Positions 42,138 to 53,788 of a stretch of 64,000 bases of DNA are shown one piece after another. The stretch comes from Cyanidioschyzon merolae (lineage: Eukaryota), in NCBI GenBank assembly GCA_000091205.1, contig AP006492.2. One strand, 5' to 3'. The position numbers and the translations under genes were made by a program. Below the pieces are notes generated by a model, which had not been told where the DNA came from, did no database searches, and saw nothing but the letters and a program-made list of their open reading frames with translations. Every line of letters begins with the position of its first letter. Position 1 is the stretch's first letter.

Positions 42138-45100
42138 GACCCGGTGGTTCGTTTAAACGATCCTAAACCCCGACAAAGGCACTCCGTCGTATCGTATACG
42201 GCGCACAGAGTTGGTTACAGGTACCGCAGGTATCCTGTTTGGTCCCGCGGTCGTCCGCAATCTTCCCGTAGCCAGTTCTGACAGGTCTTTTGCCAAGACA
42301 AGCGACAGCGGCCGGTATAGAAACGGCGAGCCGGCTTCGCGAGTCGTGACCTGTGCCTGGTATGCACTTGGACGCTGGACCCGTCGGTTTTCCGCGTCCG
42401 ATGCCAGGACGTCTGTACGGTGACCCTTGGAGTGTGTCTCGTGGCGTTTCCTTGCAGCTTCCCGGTTCGCAACGTGTCGCTGTCGACGAAAACATGCCCT
42501 AAAACTCCATACGTATAAGGTGTGACGGTGGCATGAAACGGGCGTTTCGCTGCGTGTGCACTGCACAGAACGTTCGTTTGCCTTCGCTGGGGAAACGCTC
42601 ATCAGGGTAAAAGGTTCTTCAGCGATAGCGCCCCTGTCGGTACTGAGGTGCTGGCGGTACCTCTGGCAGGCGTTGTAAGCAGGATGCTCGCTGTGCACTA
42701 GATGAAAACCAGCTTCTCGTTCATAGGAACCAGTAAAAATGCCGTGAACATATACTAGTCTGGAGATGGGGGCGTCACGGTTGGCGCAAAGACCTGCAAA
42801 GCAAAGACGTATGGGTGTTAGGGTGCGGTTCACTGCATCTATCTAGACAACGAGCATGTTTCGTTTCGTCAGCATTATCGCATAGTGCAGCACTCGAAAT
42901 ACGCAGAAACATCGAATAACGGAATACCATGATCGCTCAACAAGTGCCTGAAAGCATCCTTCTTAGAGTGTCTGTCCGGTGCTGCAGCCTTTCCGGATTG
43001 CTGAACGGGGTATCATACCAGTACATGGCTCCAGCAGGGGCATCCGACGCCCTCTATCCCAACCACTGACTTCGACTCTTTGAAAGTCTTCAGGGTTTCA
43101 GCACAATGCACACACTGCATACCAGACGATTCGCGCGAGAGTTCGTTCGACTCAAACCCGCTGGAAGCTCCCCAAGCCCGAGACATTTCCGGTTGTTCTT
43201 GACCGCGGTGTCCAGGGCTCGTTGCGGAACGTTCTTGTGTGCACGGTTACTGGTGAAGTGATACCAGCGGAAGCCTCTCATCAGGGTTCGTGTCGCTATC
43301 TGGCCTTCGATCAGCTCGACGAACGTCATTGAAGGTACTTGCTTCAAGTTTACGCTCTGGTTGCCTACCAGTTTCAGCGTGCATGCGCGCTCCTGATCTG
43401 TTTATGTTATCTTGAACTGTTCGACTGGAATCGTCCAGAATCGATCGCTAGACTCGCTGTACGTTCTCGTCGACTGCGCAGGAGTGCTCTCATGGCGCGC
43501 TGTAGAGCGTCCAGCGCCACAGGCGATCCCCCGAACGCCGCGAATCACCAGTCATTTCCTACTCCAGCTCATAGAACAGAATGGCAAAGGCATGCTACCT
43601 GGTTCCGTACTACCGGATCCGTTGCCAACCCAGGTACGGTCTCGCAGACTCCGGGAGACATCATTCGTTTATGGAAATTGGAGACGCACATGCTCCCTGT
43701 ATGAAGCATAAAAGTCATTACGATCCGCTGGTTGCGGAGCGCATCACCTCGAGGTCGTTCCTGATGCCACCATTCCACCGGTTGGTATGCGTTCGGGGGG
43801 AGTCAAGCATGCCTGAATCTCGATGAAACCGAGCACTAGCAAACATGAGCAGCTTCATCTGCTTTCCTTTTAGACATCCGGCTCGGTCGTCTTGATTGAC
43901 GGGAACGGCGATGGCCATCGTGGTCGTAGACTCGGTAGCTGCGCGCACCACCAAGTGTTTCTGATTATTCACATTGAACGGTTGAAAATGAGTCTCGCTG
44001 CTCGACTTTGGCCCAGGTTTCACAAAAGTGCAAGCTGATGCATGTTTCGTAGGTCCCGATCGCCCAGGTATGATTCGTTCCAGTCGGTCCCTGGAAGCGA
44101 GAAGCCTTGTATATCGTCTGCGAATGCACTTGTCTCTGATTTCCTCGAATGTTTCGTACCTGCTCGCGGAGACCAGCTGTAGCCCACTGTGGAGGCAATT
44201 CAGTACAGAACAATGCATGAGAGTCTCTGTGATGTACCCGCACATGACGCGTGCTATGAGCACTACGTCGTATAGACGAGTGGGGAGGATCCAGTGCTCG
44301 CCGGCAGATGTGTAGTATGCTTCGCTCTTGTGGGTTCTGTTCTGGAACGCTTTGCACCACAAGATGGAAGGAAGACATGCGTCACGATTCAATTATTTTT
44401 GGCTTAAGGCCTCGGTAGGTCCAAGGCTTGCACGAAAACGATCAGCGCGCACAACCTGAAGCTGCTCTCGCTTACAATGCAACATCGCTTCCGAACGCGT
44501 GACCACCATGAGGTCTTTCGCCACCAGCTCGTCATTTTCTGCCATCGACATCCCAGAAGATTCTTCCATCAGTCCCGGCGGTTTGAGACCGGTAAGATGA
44601 GCGCATAACGCTCACCGGGAACGCCTCGAGAAGCGTCCGACACTGATCCGTATATGCATTTGGTTTCTGAGGTGCGTTTGATACTTTTTTGGTACCCGCG
44701 CTTCAGATCATTTCCAATCGCCTCGGCGGCACGACGATGTGTCAAGGCATTCTGGAAGCATGTGCGAAACTCTTGGATCCTATAACAAGGCCGTTCAGCA
44801 TCATCTGTTGCGAGCATCATTTGTGCTGTCGCCCGAGGCTTTGATCGAAAACCTCCAGAGAGATATGGACAGCTAGCAGGTCTGCGTCCGAAACTCGGAC
44901 GAACGGTTACTTGACGATTTGTGTCGAGGCTGGGTTACAGAATGCCTTGGCGACGAACGGAGTCACAGATGCGAACGACGCGTCTACGAATCCGTTCGCG
45001 TCGACACGACAGTCGACAACACACGAGACACTTCCGACAGGATTGAACCGAGAAAGATCTGCTGGCATGATGTGCAGTTCAACGTCAATTTCATCTGCGT

Positions 45101-47222
45101 ATTCCTTGACCACTTTTGAGTGCAGGAAAGCGACACTGTCTGAGATCATGACAGTGGGATGCGGGACGCACTAGCCACCAGGCGTCCTTCAACGCAGGAT
45201 GGTGTTTTAAACGATGTTGTCCGCTCGGCGATGTGTAGGCGACCATTCGATAGCATCACCGTTGCGGCTGATGTGTTCGTTATGAGCGCTTTTTTCTTCT
45301 CTACGAACAGCAACTAGCGCGTCTTTGAGAACCCATACACAAGTTGAAACTTCTACATGCACGGATTCTCATCGACTGAGCTGAACAAGTGTCCGTCCTT
45401 TGATGAATATTCGCGTATCAGAACGGAATCGATCGTGCATCTTTCTATGCGCAGCACTCTACAATACGAGCGTGCTTTTTTCTGTCCATCCGTATCTACA
45501 CATCACCGTTCAAATGAACTGGACGGGCACTTTATATCCAGGAGGTTCTTCGAGAGTGTTTATCAGAATTTATGCAGCGGAATGCATTGATGAGGAGACT
45601 ATTGAGTATATTGGTACTTTCGAGTTTGTGTGCATGACGATCAGGATGGGGGCTTTGAGAAGATCGATTCATCCACTCGTGACCGTCGAATGACGGGCTT
45701 GTACCACTGGCGAGCAAGAAACCTAGCAGCGATAGCATAGAGCGTTTCCGTTGCTTTCCTTGAATCTACAAAATACATACCTTCTATTCAACACCTTCAC
45801 GACAAGCGGAAGAAAACGATGTGCCTGTGCAGGTATTCCAGAATTTGCTGCCTTGAGGAAAACAAGCTGATGCCTGCACCCGTGCATTTGTCGCCATCAG
45901 TTTCGTTACGCTTTACACCTGCACGACATCGTCGAACAAACTCGTCCCTGATTCTGAGATGAGCTGGCGCAGGGAATCAGCAGTTTCAAGTTGGCTCAAG
46001 GACTCCCTTCAGTTCATGTCGAGGAACGAGAAACTTAATTCGAGTAACCCGACCCCAAACTCAAAGCTCAAGTGAACGACCCCGCTCGAGCGCATCCGCC
46101 TTGAATGGTAAGGGTGTAACAGATTCCCATCGTTTGCGCAGGGTTTGTCTTCTCTGGAGGCTGAACGAGCTTCGTTGATTAGTCCCTCGCCCCCCGCCCT
46201 GCCCCACAGCGTCATTGCCCTCGGGGTACCCGCATCACCCGCTTGAGGCCAATGGCGACCGTGTCGAACAATACATCGCTTCACTAGGCGACGCACTGAG
46301 CGATTCGTGTCTTGGGTCCGTGGTGACAGCGCGGCAGAGGGCGCTTCGGGCCGGCGCCCGCCAACGCACCGCACAGCCATCCTGTCTCCTTCTGGTGATT
46401 GTAGTGGCGCTAATAGCTCCAGCGGTAGCGCCAGCAAACAGTACAGTTTGGCTTGACAAGCCATCAAGGATCGTCATCCCTGAATCGATCGAATCTCTAT
46501 CCTCGACGACGAGAAGGTTACGATTCGGGTCAGCGACGCACAGCGGTATCCGGAGTGCGCGCCCGAAGCCCTCTCCCTATTGACTCCCTATAGCATTCAG
46601 GTATCCGGAGCGGTGTCTCTATTTCAATGCACTGATCTTGCCGGAGCCAGGAGGGCTCATGGCGTGCTGCACCTACACCAGCAGCAACTGCAGGAGCAGC
46701 ACATAGAAAAGTGCATACGCTCGCCGTGGACGTCTGCAGAGAGCCTTGTCCCCACGCGCAGTGTTTCCGTGCCCATCCGCATGCATGCAAGGACACGCTG
46801 CGAAACAGTCCACAGCACTTTCGACCCGGATCTCCTTGGTGGCATACCTGAAAAAGACAAAAATTGTTCTACATGACCTCCGCAGACACCAGATCACCAG
46901 CTGTCTCTGCTTCGTTGAGTGCCAGCACCAGATGCAGCAATGCATCGCAGTAGACGTATGTGCACCACCACCGCAGCGTGCCTGAAACCAGAGCCGTCGC
47001 ATCTCGCCATCGGCTTCATTGTCTCGGAAGGCGAGGATATAACGCCTTGACGAGAGAGAGAGGGCGGTTTCGAGGAAGCCCCCACAGCGTATCCCTCTGA
47101 TCGATAGAACAACAACCACGCTGGATGCCACGTCCCAACGGAGACGCGTTCGATCCAGGATGCACTGCAGTGATCAGAAAATCCTCAAAGACGCTGCACG
47201 AGTCGCGGTGAAGCTCAGCGCG

Positions 47223-48791
47223 TCAAGCGCTACGGTCCAGGTCCTCGAAGAGCTCCGTTACCGTTGAACTGAGACGCTTGCTGACGTTTCGCACAACGCT
47301 GCCTACCGTCTCAAGGGTCGGGGTCCTTGGTGAACGACTCGGCGTTGCACGCGCCTGTGAAGACACCGCCCAAGCAGCGTTGTTGCCGGAGATTCGAGCT
47401 GGCCCTGCCCCAGCTGCGGAAGCGGAAGTATCGTCAGCAAGCTGTAAGACCATCATTCGATCGCTTTGACCACGAACGTCTGCCGCTGAGACTGCTTTCG
47501 CGTGACGAAGCTTGTCTCTCCAGTCAGCGCTTGACGCCATGGATGTTTGCGGCGACTCACAAGCGGCTCGTTCGACACTCTGCTTGGCGATCTGTGCGGA
47601 ATCGCGAGTCGGCTGAACTGCAAGAGGAGGCCCCTTGGCTTCGATATCCAGCTGTCTTTGAGGCGGATCGCCTATGCCAGCACCTTGTCGTGTTGCAGTT
47701 ACAAACCCGGAAACAGCAGTCTCAGTGACAACCGTTCCTGTCAAAAGCGATGCCCTTGGCGGCGTCGTCCCAGTGCGCTGTGCTTCAAACACTGGCGTAG
47801 AGGCATCTCTGCTGCTTCCTTGGGGCAGCGCAGCGCTTCCGCTCGCAGAGCACGCCATGGCGGTACCAGCGCTGACTGATCCACCGGATGGACGCTCTAT
47901 CTGAACGGCATTACTCATGTTCGTACTCGTATTTTTGCAGCCAGCACTGAAACTTGGCCCGAGTCGTCGAGCACCCAACCCATGAGACCCGGTTCGTCGG
48001 GGCGCTGCGGACCTACTTGTCCAGTTTGGTGCCCCATTCATGGACGCACCTGTTCTCGTTTGCGACAAATTCCCTGCCACTGACGCTGTGACGAACCGCG
48101 TGGCATCATCGGACAAAGTGCTTGCAGTCGACTGCGAGAAACGCTCTTCAGTTCTTGCCCCAACAGATGTGCTACTCGACGGCTGCAATGGCACGGCGTC
48201 GCGATCTCCGCTTCCCGCACCGTTGGTAGTCGCCGTTCTCAGCTCCGTCTGGGTTGCATCCACTGTTTCAGGGACTACCTGCCTGGCAACTGCAGCCTCT
48301 CGTTGGCCTGAGCGCTTTGATTGCAGCGGCTGCTCCGGTGCGCTGGGCGTTGACGGTGCGGGTTCCGGAGCGACACCGACGCACCCCAGGGTGTCCTGGT
48401 GTGCCAAACGAACCTGCTCTGCTTCGCGGCTGAGCCGCTCTCTATACAGGTACGCTGCTCTTGATGAGTATTTTTGCGAGAGCGAACCACTCATTGGCGC
48501 TTGGTGCGCCTTGAAAAAGCTGCGCGCTCGTTCGTTACCGCCTGCAGTCATGCGCCACAGCTGTTCAGGCGTCCACGAGTCCATAAGCGTCGATCGAACA
48601 AAGCTCAGGTGCGTCCCGAGGTTTCTATGGAGTCCGGCACAGTCTATGCAGAGAAATATGCCATACGAGGTTGACGCCCAAGTCGGGTGGTGTGCCTCAC
48701 AGTCGAAGCAGAACCTGTTCTCCGGTCTCGCTCGCAGCCGAGTCAAAAGCGCCCTACTCTCCGCCAGAGGTAGAGGTTGTGCGGACTCCAT
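47223..48791 (-). CDS. ADP-ribosylation factor GTPase-activating protein (ArfGAP domain) with a long low-complexity C-terminal region
   Basis: C4 zinc finger and arginine finger: 'NRFCFDCEAHHPTWASTSYGIFLCIDCAGLHRNLGTHLSFVRSTLMDSWTPEQLWRMTAGGNERARSFF' (CxxCx16CxxC ... R ... SxxxD.W). The remaining ~380 aa are Ser/Thr/Ala/Pro-rich. Confidence 0.8.
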   Translation of the reverse strand: MESAQPLPLAESRALLTRLRARPENRFCFDCEAHHPTWASTSYGIFLCIDCAGLHRNLGTHLSFVRSTLMDSWTPEQLWRMTAGGNERARSFFKAHQAPMSGSLSQKYSSRAAYLYRERLSREAEQVRLAHQDTLGCVGVAPEPAPSTPSAPEQPLQSKRSGQREAAVARQVVPETVDATQTELRTATTNGAGSGDRDAVPLQPSSSTSVGARTEERFSQSTASTLSDDATRFVTASVAGNLSQTRTGASMNGAPNWTSRSAAPRRTGSHGLGARRLGPSFSAGCKNTSTNMSNAVQIERPSGGSVSAGTAMACSASGSAALPQGSSRDASTPVFEAQRTGTTPPRASLLTGTVVTETAVSGFVTATRQGAGIGDPPQRQLDIEAKGPPLAVQPTRDSAQIAKQSVERAACESPQTSMASSADWRDKLRHAKAVSAADVRGQSDRMMVLQLADDTSASAAGAGPARISGNNAAWAVSSQARATPSRSPRTPTLETVGSVVRNVSKRLSSTVTELFEDLDRSA

Positions 48792-49003
48792 GTCTACGTG
48801 CTCCGCTGTACCTGTTTACAGCTCAACAAACTAGCGCCTCAAGGGTAGCGTTCACAGAGTCGCCCTGGGAAGCGGCGGACGCTATCGTAAAAGCACAGCA
48901 CAGCCGCTGACGCAAAGCCAAGCGTCGATGACGCTGCATGTGATGATTCTCGCCTAGCGTTCCCGAAGCCCTAAAGCCCCTGCATAGCGGTATTCGGGGG
49001 AGG

Positions 49004-50398
49004 TTGTTTCCTTGGTACCCAGCGCATCGTTGCATCCGAAAGACGCTGACTGAACACATCAATCACATCTCTTTCGTAGAGCCGCAGCTGGCTACCGCAG
49101 TGCAGCGGTCTGCGAGCAGGGAATGCGTACGCTGTGCAGTCCGTCGACGCGTCATGTGGATTTCCCTCGCAGGTCCTGCAAAGACTTTACCAGCGCTCAA
49201 CGGACAAGCCAGAGTGCATACACGAACGTTCACCCAGCAGAGGCGAGACGGGCAGCGTCGGTTGGCTCCAGTGCCGCCTCGGGGCGTCAGTGCCGCACGA
49301 TGCCCACTCAGCATGGACGAGCGTCGCCTTCACGCGTCCGACAGGCACGACGCCAAAGCGTCTGCTTCGTTTCGCCCCAAACTCGAGTGCGTACCGAGTC
49401 AGTGCTTTCTACCGGCAGCAGAGGTAGCTGCCATTCGTGACGAACGAGCGCAGCGGCTCATACAGCGGCTGCAGCGCGTCGCTGCCGACGAGACTATCTG
49501 CTTTTACACGAACGAGCCGGCGAACCTTGAGGACACGAAAAAGCCGGCTTTGGTGTTGATTCACGGTTTCGACTCATCTTGTTTGGAGTTTAGAGCATTG
49601 CTCCCGGAACTCGAGCGGCTGTTGGCACCCTGGGTTCGTCTCTTTGCTGTAGATGTGTTCGGCTGGGGCTTCGGCGCTCGGCCTTCTGGGTTAGACTACG
49701 GTCCTGCAGGAAAACGAGCTCACTTGAAGCGCTTTTTGCTGCATGTTGTCGACGGTGGTGTCGAGAACCTGCAGACGCCGCTGGTGCTAGCAGGGGCATC
49801 ACTCGGCGGTGCAGTGCTGACGGACTACGTTCTACATGCGGATGCTGCGGAGCGGGAACGCATTCGAGCTGCTATCTTCATTGACGCGCAGCTCTTCGTA
49901 GATGGGAAGGGGTTTCGTTTCCTGGTACCCCCGTTGGACTATGTGGGGTTGTGGGTCCTCCGATCGGCGGCACTTCGCCAGTACGCGAATAAACTAGCGT
50001 TTTATCGACCTTCGGAACACGCGACGGAGGATGCGCTGCGTATCAGCCGTCTTCCTTGCCTCATGGCGGGTTGGATGGAAGCGTCTCGAAGCTTCCTGCG
50101 CGCGAATGGGTACACGATCTCCGAAGAGGTTGCACAGTTGGCGTGCTTTCGCCTACCGGTGCTGGCTATCTGGGGAGCGGAGGATCGCATCGTCCCGCTC
50201 AGTACGGTAGAGCGGCTGCGGGGCTTTTATCGAGACCAAAGCTGTGCGGATCTCGTACAAGTGGACGTTATCCCTGAGTGTGGTCACCTACCTCACTTGG
50301 AACGACCCGAGCAAGTCGCGAGCATCATGGATCGCTATGTGCGGGAGAAGCTGCTCGCGGGAGATAGCGCAACCGTCCATCGGTCCCAGCTCAGCTAG
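49004..50398 (+). CDS. Alpha/beta-hydrolase fold protein with an N-terminal extension
   Basis: 'PALVLIHGFDSSCLEFRALLPEL' is the HG oxyanion region. 'LAGASLGGAVLTDYVL' is the GxSxG nucleophile elbow. 'IWGAEDRIVP' precedes the acid residue and 'PECGHLPHLERPEQV' carries the catalytic His. The first ~170 aa are Arg-rich, so a later start is possible. It is transcribed divergently from the ArfGAP gene across a ~210-bp spacer. Confidence 0.6.
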   Translation: MFPWYPAHRCIRKTLTEHINHISFVEPQLATAVQRSASRECVRCAVRRRVMWISLAGPAKTLPALNGQARVHTRTFTQQRRDGQRRLAPVPPRGVSAARCPLSMDERRLHASDRHDAKASASFRPKLECVPSQCFLPAAEVAAIRDERAQRLIQRLQRVAADETICFYTNEPANLEDTKKPALVLIHGFDSSCLEFRALLPELERLLAPWVRLFAVDVFGWGFGARPSGLDYGPAGKRAHLKRFLLHVVDGGVENLQTPLVLAGASLGGAVLTDYVLHADAAERERIRAAIFIDAQLFVDGKGFRFLVPPLDYVGLWVLRSAALRQYANKLAFYRPSEHATEDALRISRLPCLMAGWMEASRSFLRANGYTISEEVAQLACFRLPVLAIWGAEDRIVPLSTVERLRGFYRDQSCADLVQVDVIPECGHLPHLERPEQVASIMDRYVREKLLAGDSATVHRSQLS

Positions 50399-51184
50399 GT
50401 ATTGATGTGAGGGGTAACGGCAAGACGAATGGGTTCTATGGGTGAAACTCGAACAAGGTGCTTGTTTCGGAGCGACGTGGATATCCGCTTGTAGATGAAC
50501 TGCGATCTATGCGTGGTCGTCAGGAAAGGAAACTTGAATGGAAAATTACGTGGACCTTGGGGAGAACGATTCTGTCAAGCTGATCTCGATCAAAGCGGTC
50601 ATATCCTCTTAAATTGTTTACGATCGCTACAGGTTTTTCAAATACGTGCACACTTCCTGGGTATTCCCGATGCATTGGCGGCAACCCAGCTTCCCTGCGA
50701 GCGTTTGCGGCACCATCCGGTGTATCGCTCGCTGTATGTTTTGCTGGTCACGATAGCCAGCAACTAGGACTTGCTGACTGATATGCAATACGAACGATTG
50801 AAAGTTCTCACAGTGCCCCGAGCAGACGCCCGTTAAACGCTCCGGTGTAGTTGTTCGGTCTCCGTATGCCGCTGACCGTAGTCGGCTTCTATTTCATTGG
50901 ACGCAAACGAGTGACCGTTGTTGACCGGGATACCGGCACGAGCGCATCACTTGTACGTCACGAAAGCGCTTGCAGACGCTCTTGCAGGGTCTGCTGCTCT
51001 GGTTTCGAGACCGGTCATCGCTAACGCCGGAGAGCCCACGCTGCGCCCAACGCAGGAGCAGCACGGGCAGCCTTTCAAGCCCGTGTCTCCATAGGGGTAA
51101 CGCGGGGCTGCGTTTCCCTGCAACGCCTGCTGGCTTCGTGGACGTGCCTCGGCACCGCTTCACTGAGCGAAGCAGACCGAATCT

Positions 51185-52336
51185 ATGCGACGATCGGTCA
51201 CGCGTACCAAGAGAGGTGTCGTCTCCACCTCTGGGGCAACGTCTCCGTTGCGAACGGCGCTGGAAGCTGCGGGAACGTCACCGAGGGTGACCCCGGCCCC
51301 TGGCGACAAACCAGAGGCGTTTCAGGGACCGAGAAACCGCCGAACGATCTGCCACCGTTTACAGGAATCTACCAAAGAAGCTAGCGCCGGCATGCTGCCG
51401 GTGTCAACGGGGGCAACCCGACCGCCAACGGCAGCGGATCCAAGGGGGCAGCTTCCCAGCGCGACTGTGGCGAGCGTATGTTTGGACCGAAAGCCTCAAC
51501 CTAGACGCCGTCTGAAGCGAGCCGTGGACGAACTGGACTCCGCGCAAACGCAGTCAGAGCGGACGGACACCCTGTCCATGGACCGATCGAGACAAAGTGA
51601 GGAGATTTCACCGAAGCGATCGAATCGAGATACCAGACAAACCGATGATATCCTCAGCCATGTTACGACTGATGACGGTATGCACGTCCCGGGTACGCGT
51701 GGCGTAACTCGTGTCGACCTGCATCCGCAGAGGCTGCCCTCTGGGCCTGGACTTCAGTGGAACATGCCGTCACTCGAGAAAGCCGCACCGACGACGAGTC
51801 CAGACGCTGCCTCAGCCGCAAACGCCGCCTCGAGTGGTGCAACATCACAAGAACTTGTGCGGAAACTGCTTGAACATGAAAGCGGCTGGATTCGGCTTAC
51901 GCTGGGGCCAACGCTTCCCCTCAGTTGTCAGTATCTGCCGCTGCACGGTACGGCGAAACTGGGCCGGGTGGAAAAGCTAGCTTCTGGGCGTTATCGTTTG
52001 GTCTTTGGCCCCGACGACAAAGTGAATGACGACGACGAGAACGATCATGATCGTACTAGTGGTGGTGGTGATGCAACGAGTTCCGCTTTTTACTGGCTAG
52101 AGCTCGGCAAGTTGATTGCGCACCCACAGCGCTGGTGGAAACTGGTCCGAGAACGAAACAAGAAACCTGCAGAGGACGGGAATTCGGAAGGGCAAGCACC
52201 ACAACAACATCTCATTGAAGCCGGTGAGGTGGATACGGAACACGCTGGTCGTTTAGAAGCGAACGTGGAGGTAACAGGGCCGTATACACTGATTGGAGTA
52301 CCCGATTTGGCACATCTCTATACGACAAGTCGTTGA
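51185..52336 (+). CDS. Hypothetical protein: disordered N-terminal half, structured C-terminal ~150 aa, no recognised family
   Basis: The 383-codon ORF is the only long ORF in this interval. The C-terminal region ('LVRKLLEHESGWIRLTLGPTLPLSCQYLPLHGTAKLGRVEKLASGRYRLVFGPDD...SAFYWLELGKLIAHPQRWWKLV') has a globular-like composition. The N-terminal 200 aa are Ser/Thr/Pro/Arg-rich. In GC-rich DNA this could be a chance ORF. Confidence 0.3.
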   Translation: MRRSVTRTKRGVVSTSGATSPLRTALEAAGTSPRVTPAPGDKPEAFQGPRNRRTICHRLQESTKEASAGMLPVSTGATRPPTAADPRGQLPSATVASVCLDRKPQPRRRLKRAVDELDSAQTQSERTDTLSMDRSRQSEEISPKRSNRDTRQTDDILSHVTTDDGMHVPGTRGVTRVDLHPQRLPSGPGLQWNMPSLEKAAPTTSPDAASAANAASSGATSQELVRKLLEHESGWIRLTLGPTLPLSCQYLPLHGTAKLGRVEKLASGRYRLVFGPDDKVNDDDENDHDRTSGGGDATSSAFYWLELGKLIAHPQRWWKLVRERNKKPAEDGNSEGQAPQQHLIEAGEVDTEHAGRLEANVEVTGPYTLIGVPDLAHLYTTSR

Positions 52337-53788
52337 CGTATGCAAGAGAGGCGCACCAGCTGAGCTCAGCGCAGCTGCGTGCATTGCTCTTCAACGGGTG
52401 CCCTCGCGAAGCATGTCGATGTTCAGGAGCCTGTCTCTCTCTCTCTCTTGTTCCGAAATGGATGCAATTCTGCTGCAGGTGTGATGCACGCGCCCGGAGG
52501 ATGTTGTTGGTGTGCGCATGCTCCCGTGGCCTCCAGAGCGGCCCGCATGGCAACTCGGTGCTGCACGTTGGTCATCGAAGGTACCTTCGGACATTCACTC
52601 GTTCGCTCGCTCGTTCCAGGAGGAAAACTCGCCATACACGCAGCGTTCATGCGCAGTGGATGCTGCATTCCATTCATGGATGCCGCAAAACCGTCACTGG
52701 TTCCATCGATGCATCGCGTCTAACGATGGGGTCGATGCATAGTTTGCAAAACTTGCGGCTCATAAGCGGGAAAGGCTACCTGCCGCCTTTTGTGCAGAGT
52801 TTGATCTAGAACGCTGGCTGCACAATTTACTCTTTTTGTCGTTTGGTCCGGGAACGGCGGGCGTGGAGCCTCTCAACAGGTGCTTAAAACCTGTACGCCT
52901 AGTGTGTCTACTGTTCGTCTAGTCAGACAACTGGGGCACAAGTCTTACGGTCATGAAAATATCCGTTTCCTGATGCTGAATGACGATACTGGACGGGCCT
53001 CGGCTGCAAACACGTTCGGCGCATGCGAGCCATATTATCGCATTTTTAGCCGACCACGATGCTTCGCTGTGCTTCCGAGATTTATTCAGCGAATGCAGAG
53101 CTGTTGCCAATTACAACCGGGATACTGCTCGTAATAGAGGTCCAGGAATGCTCTCTCTACGAGTCACAAGAGTCAGCACTTGGGCCGGTCCCGGCCGGTA
53201 ACGAGGCACCCGCGGTTGCCCTGTGGTGCGTCCGGTGTGTGCCAACGTCGCTGTTCTAATGCCTACCTTCACATCCATATGCAACGATCTCTCTGTAATG
53301 TATCTAATCAGCGTATACATATCGCTACTCCAGAGCCTCTTGTGACGAACACTTCGTCCATGGGAAACGGATGCGTAACAAGGGAAACGATCCTAGGGCC
53401 GCTCTCGCACGATACACCACACAAGCGTCCTGTTTTTTCAACCATCAAGAGCCGCGCGAATCCCATGCGCGTCGACACCGCGTGTCGCACCGGTGACCCA
53501 CTCCGACACGCCCGAGACCTTCCACGTCCAGTGCAATTCGCGGACGCTCTCGACTGGACCACAGACTAGCGCATAGATAGGTTGGCGTCCTGATCACCGG
53601 CGTGATGCACGGGCAGGCGTCACCTGAATTGTCGACACGTGAGCGATCAGAACTAGTCTCCAATCACGCTAGTCCGCTGCGTTGCAATCCGTTTTGCAAT
53701 TGCCCACTCAAATAAACGGCATCGTTGCCGGTACCCTCACATCCGTGAGCGCCATCATGATCATGGACGCACCAACCTGGTCGAGGCA

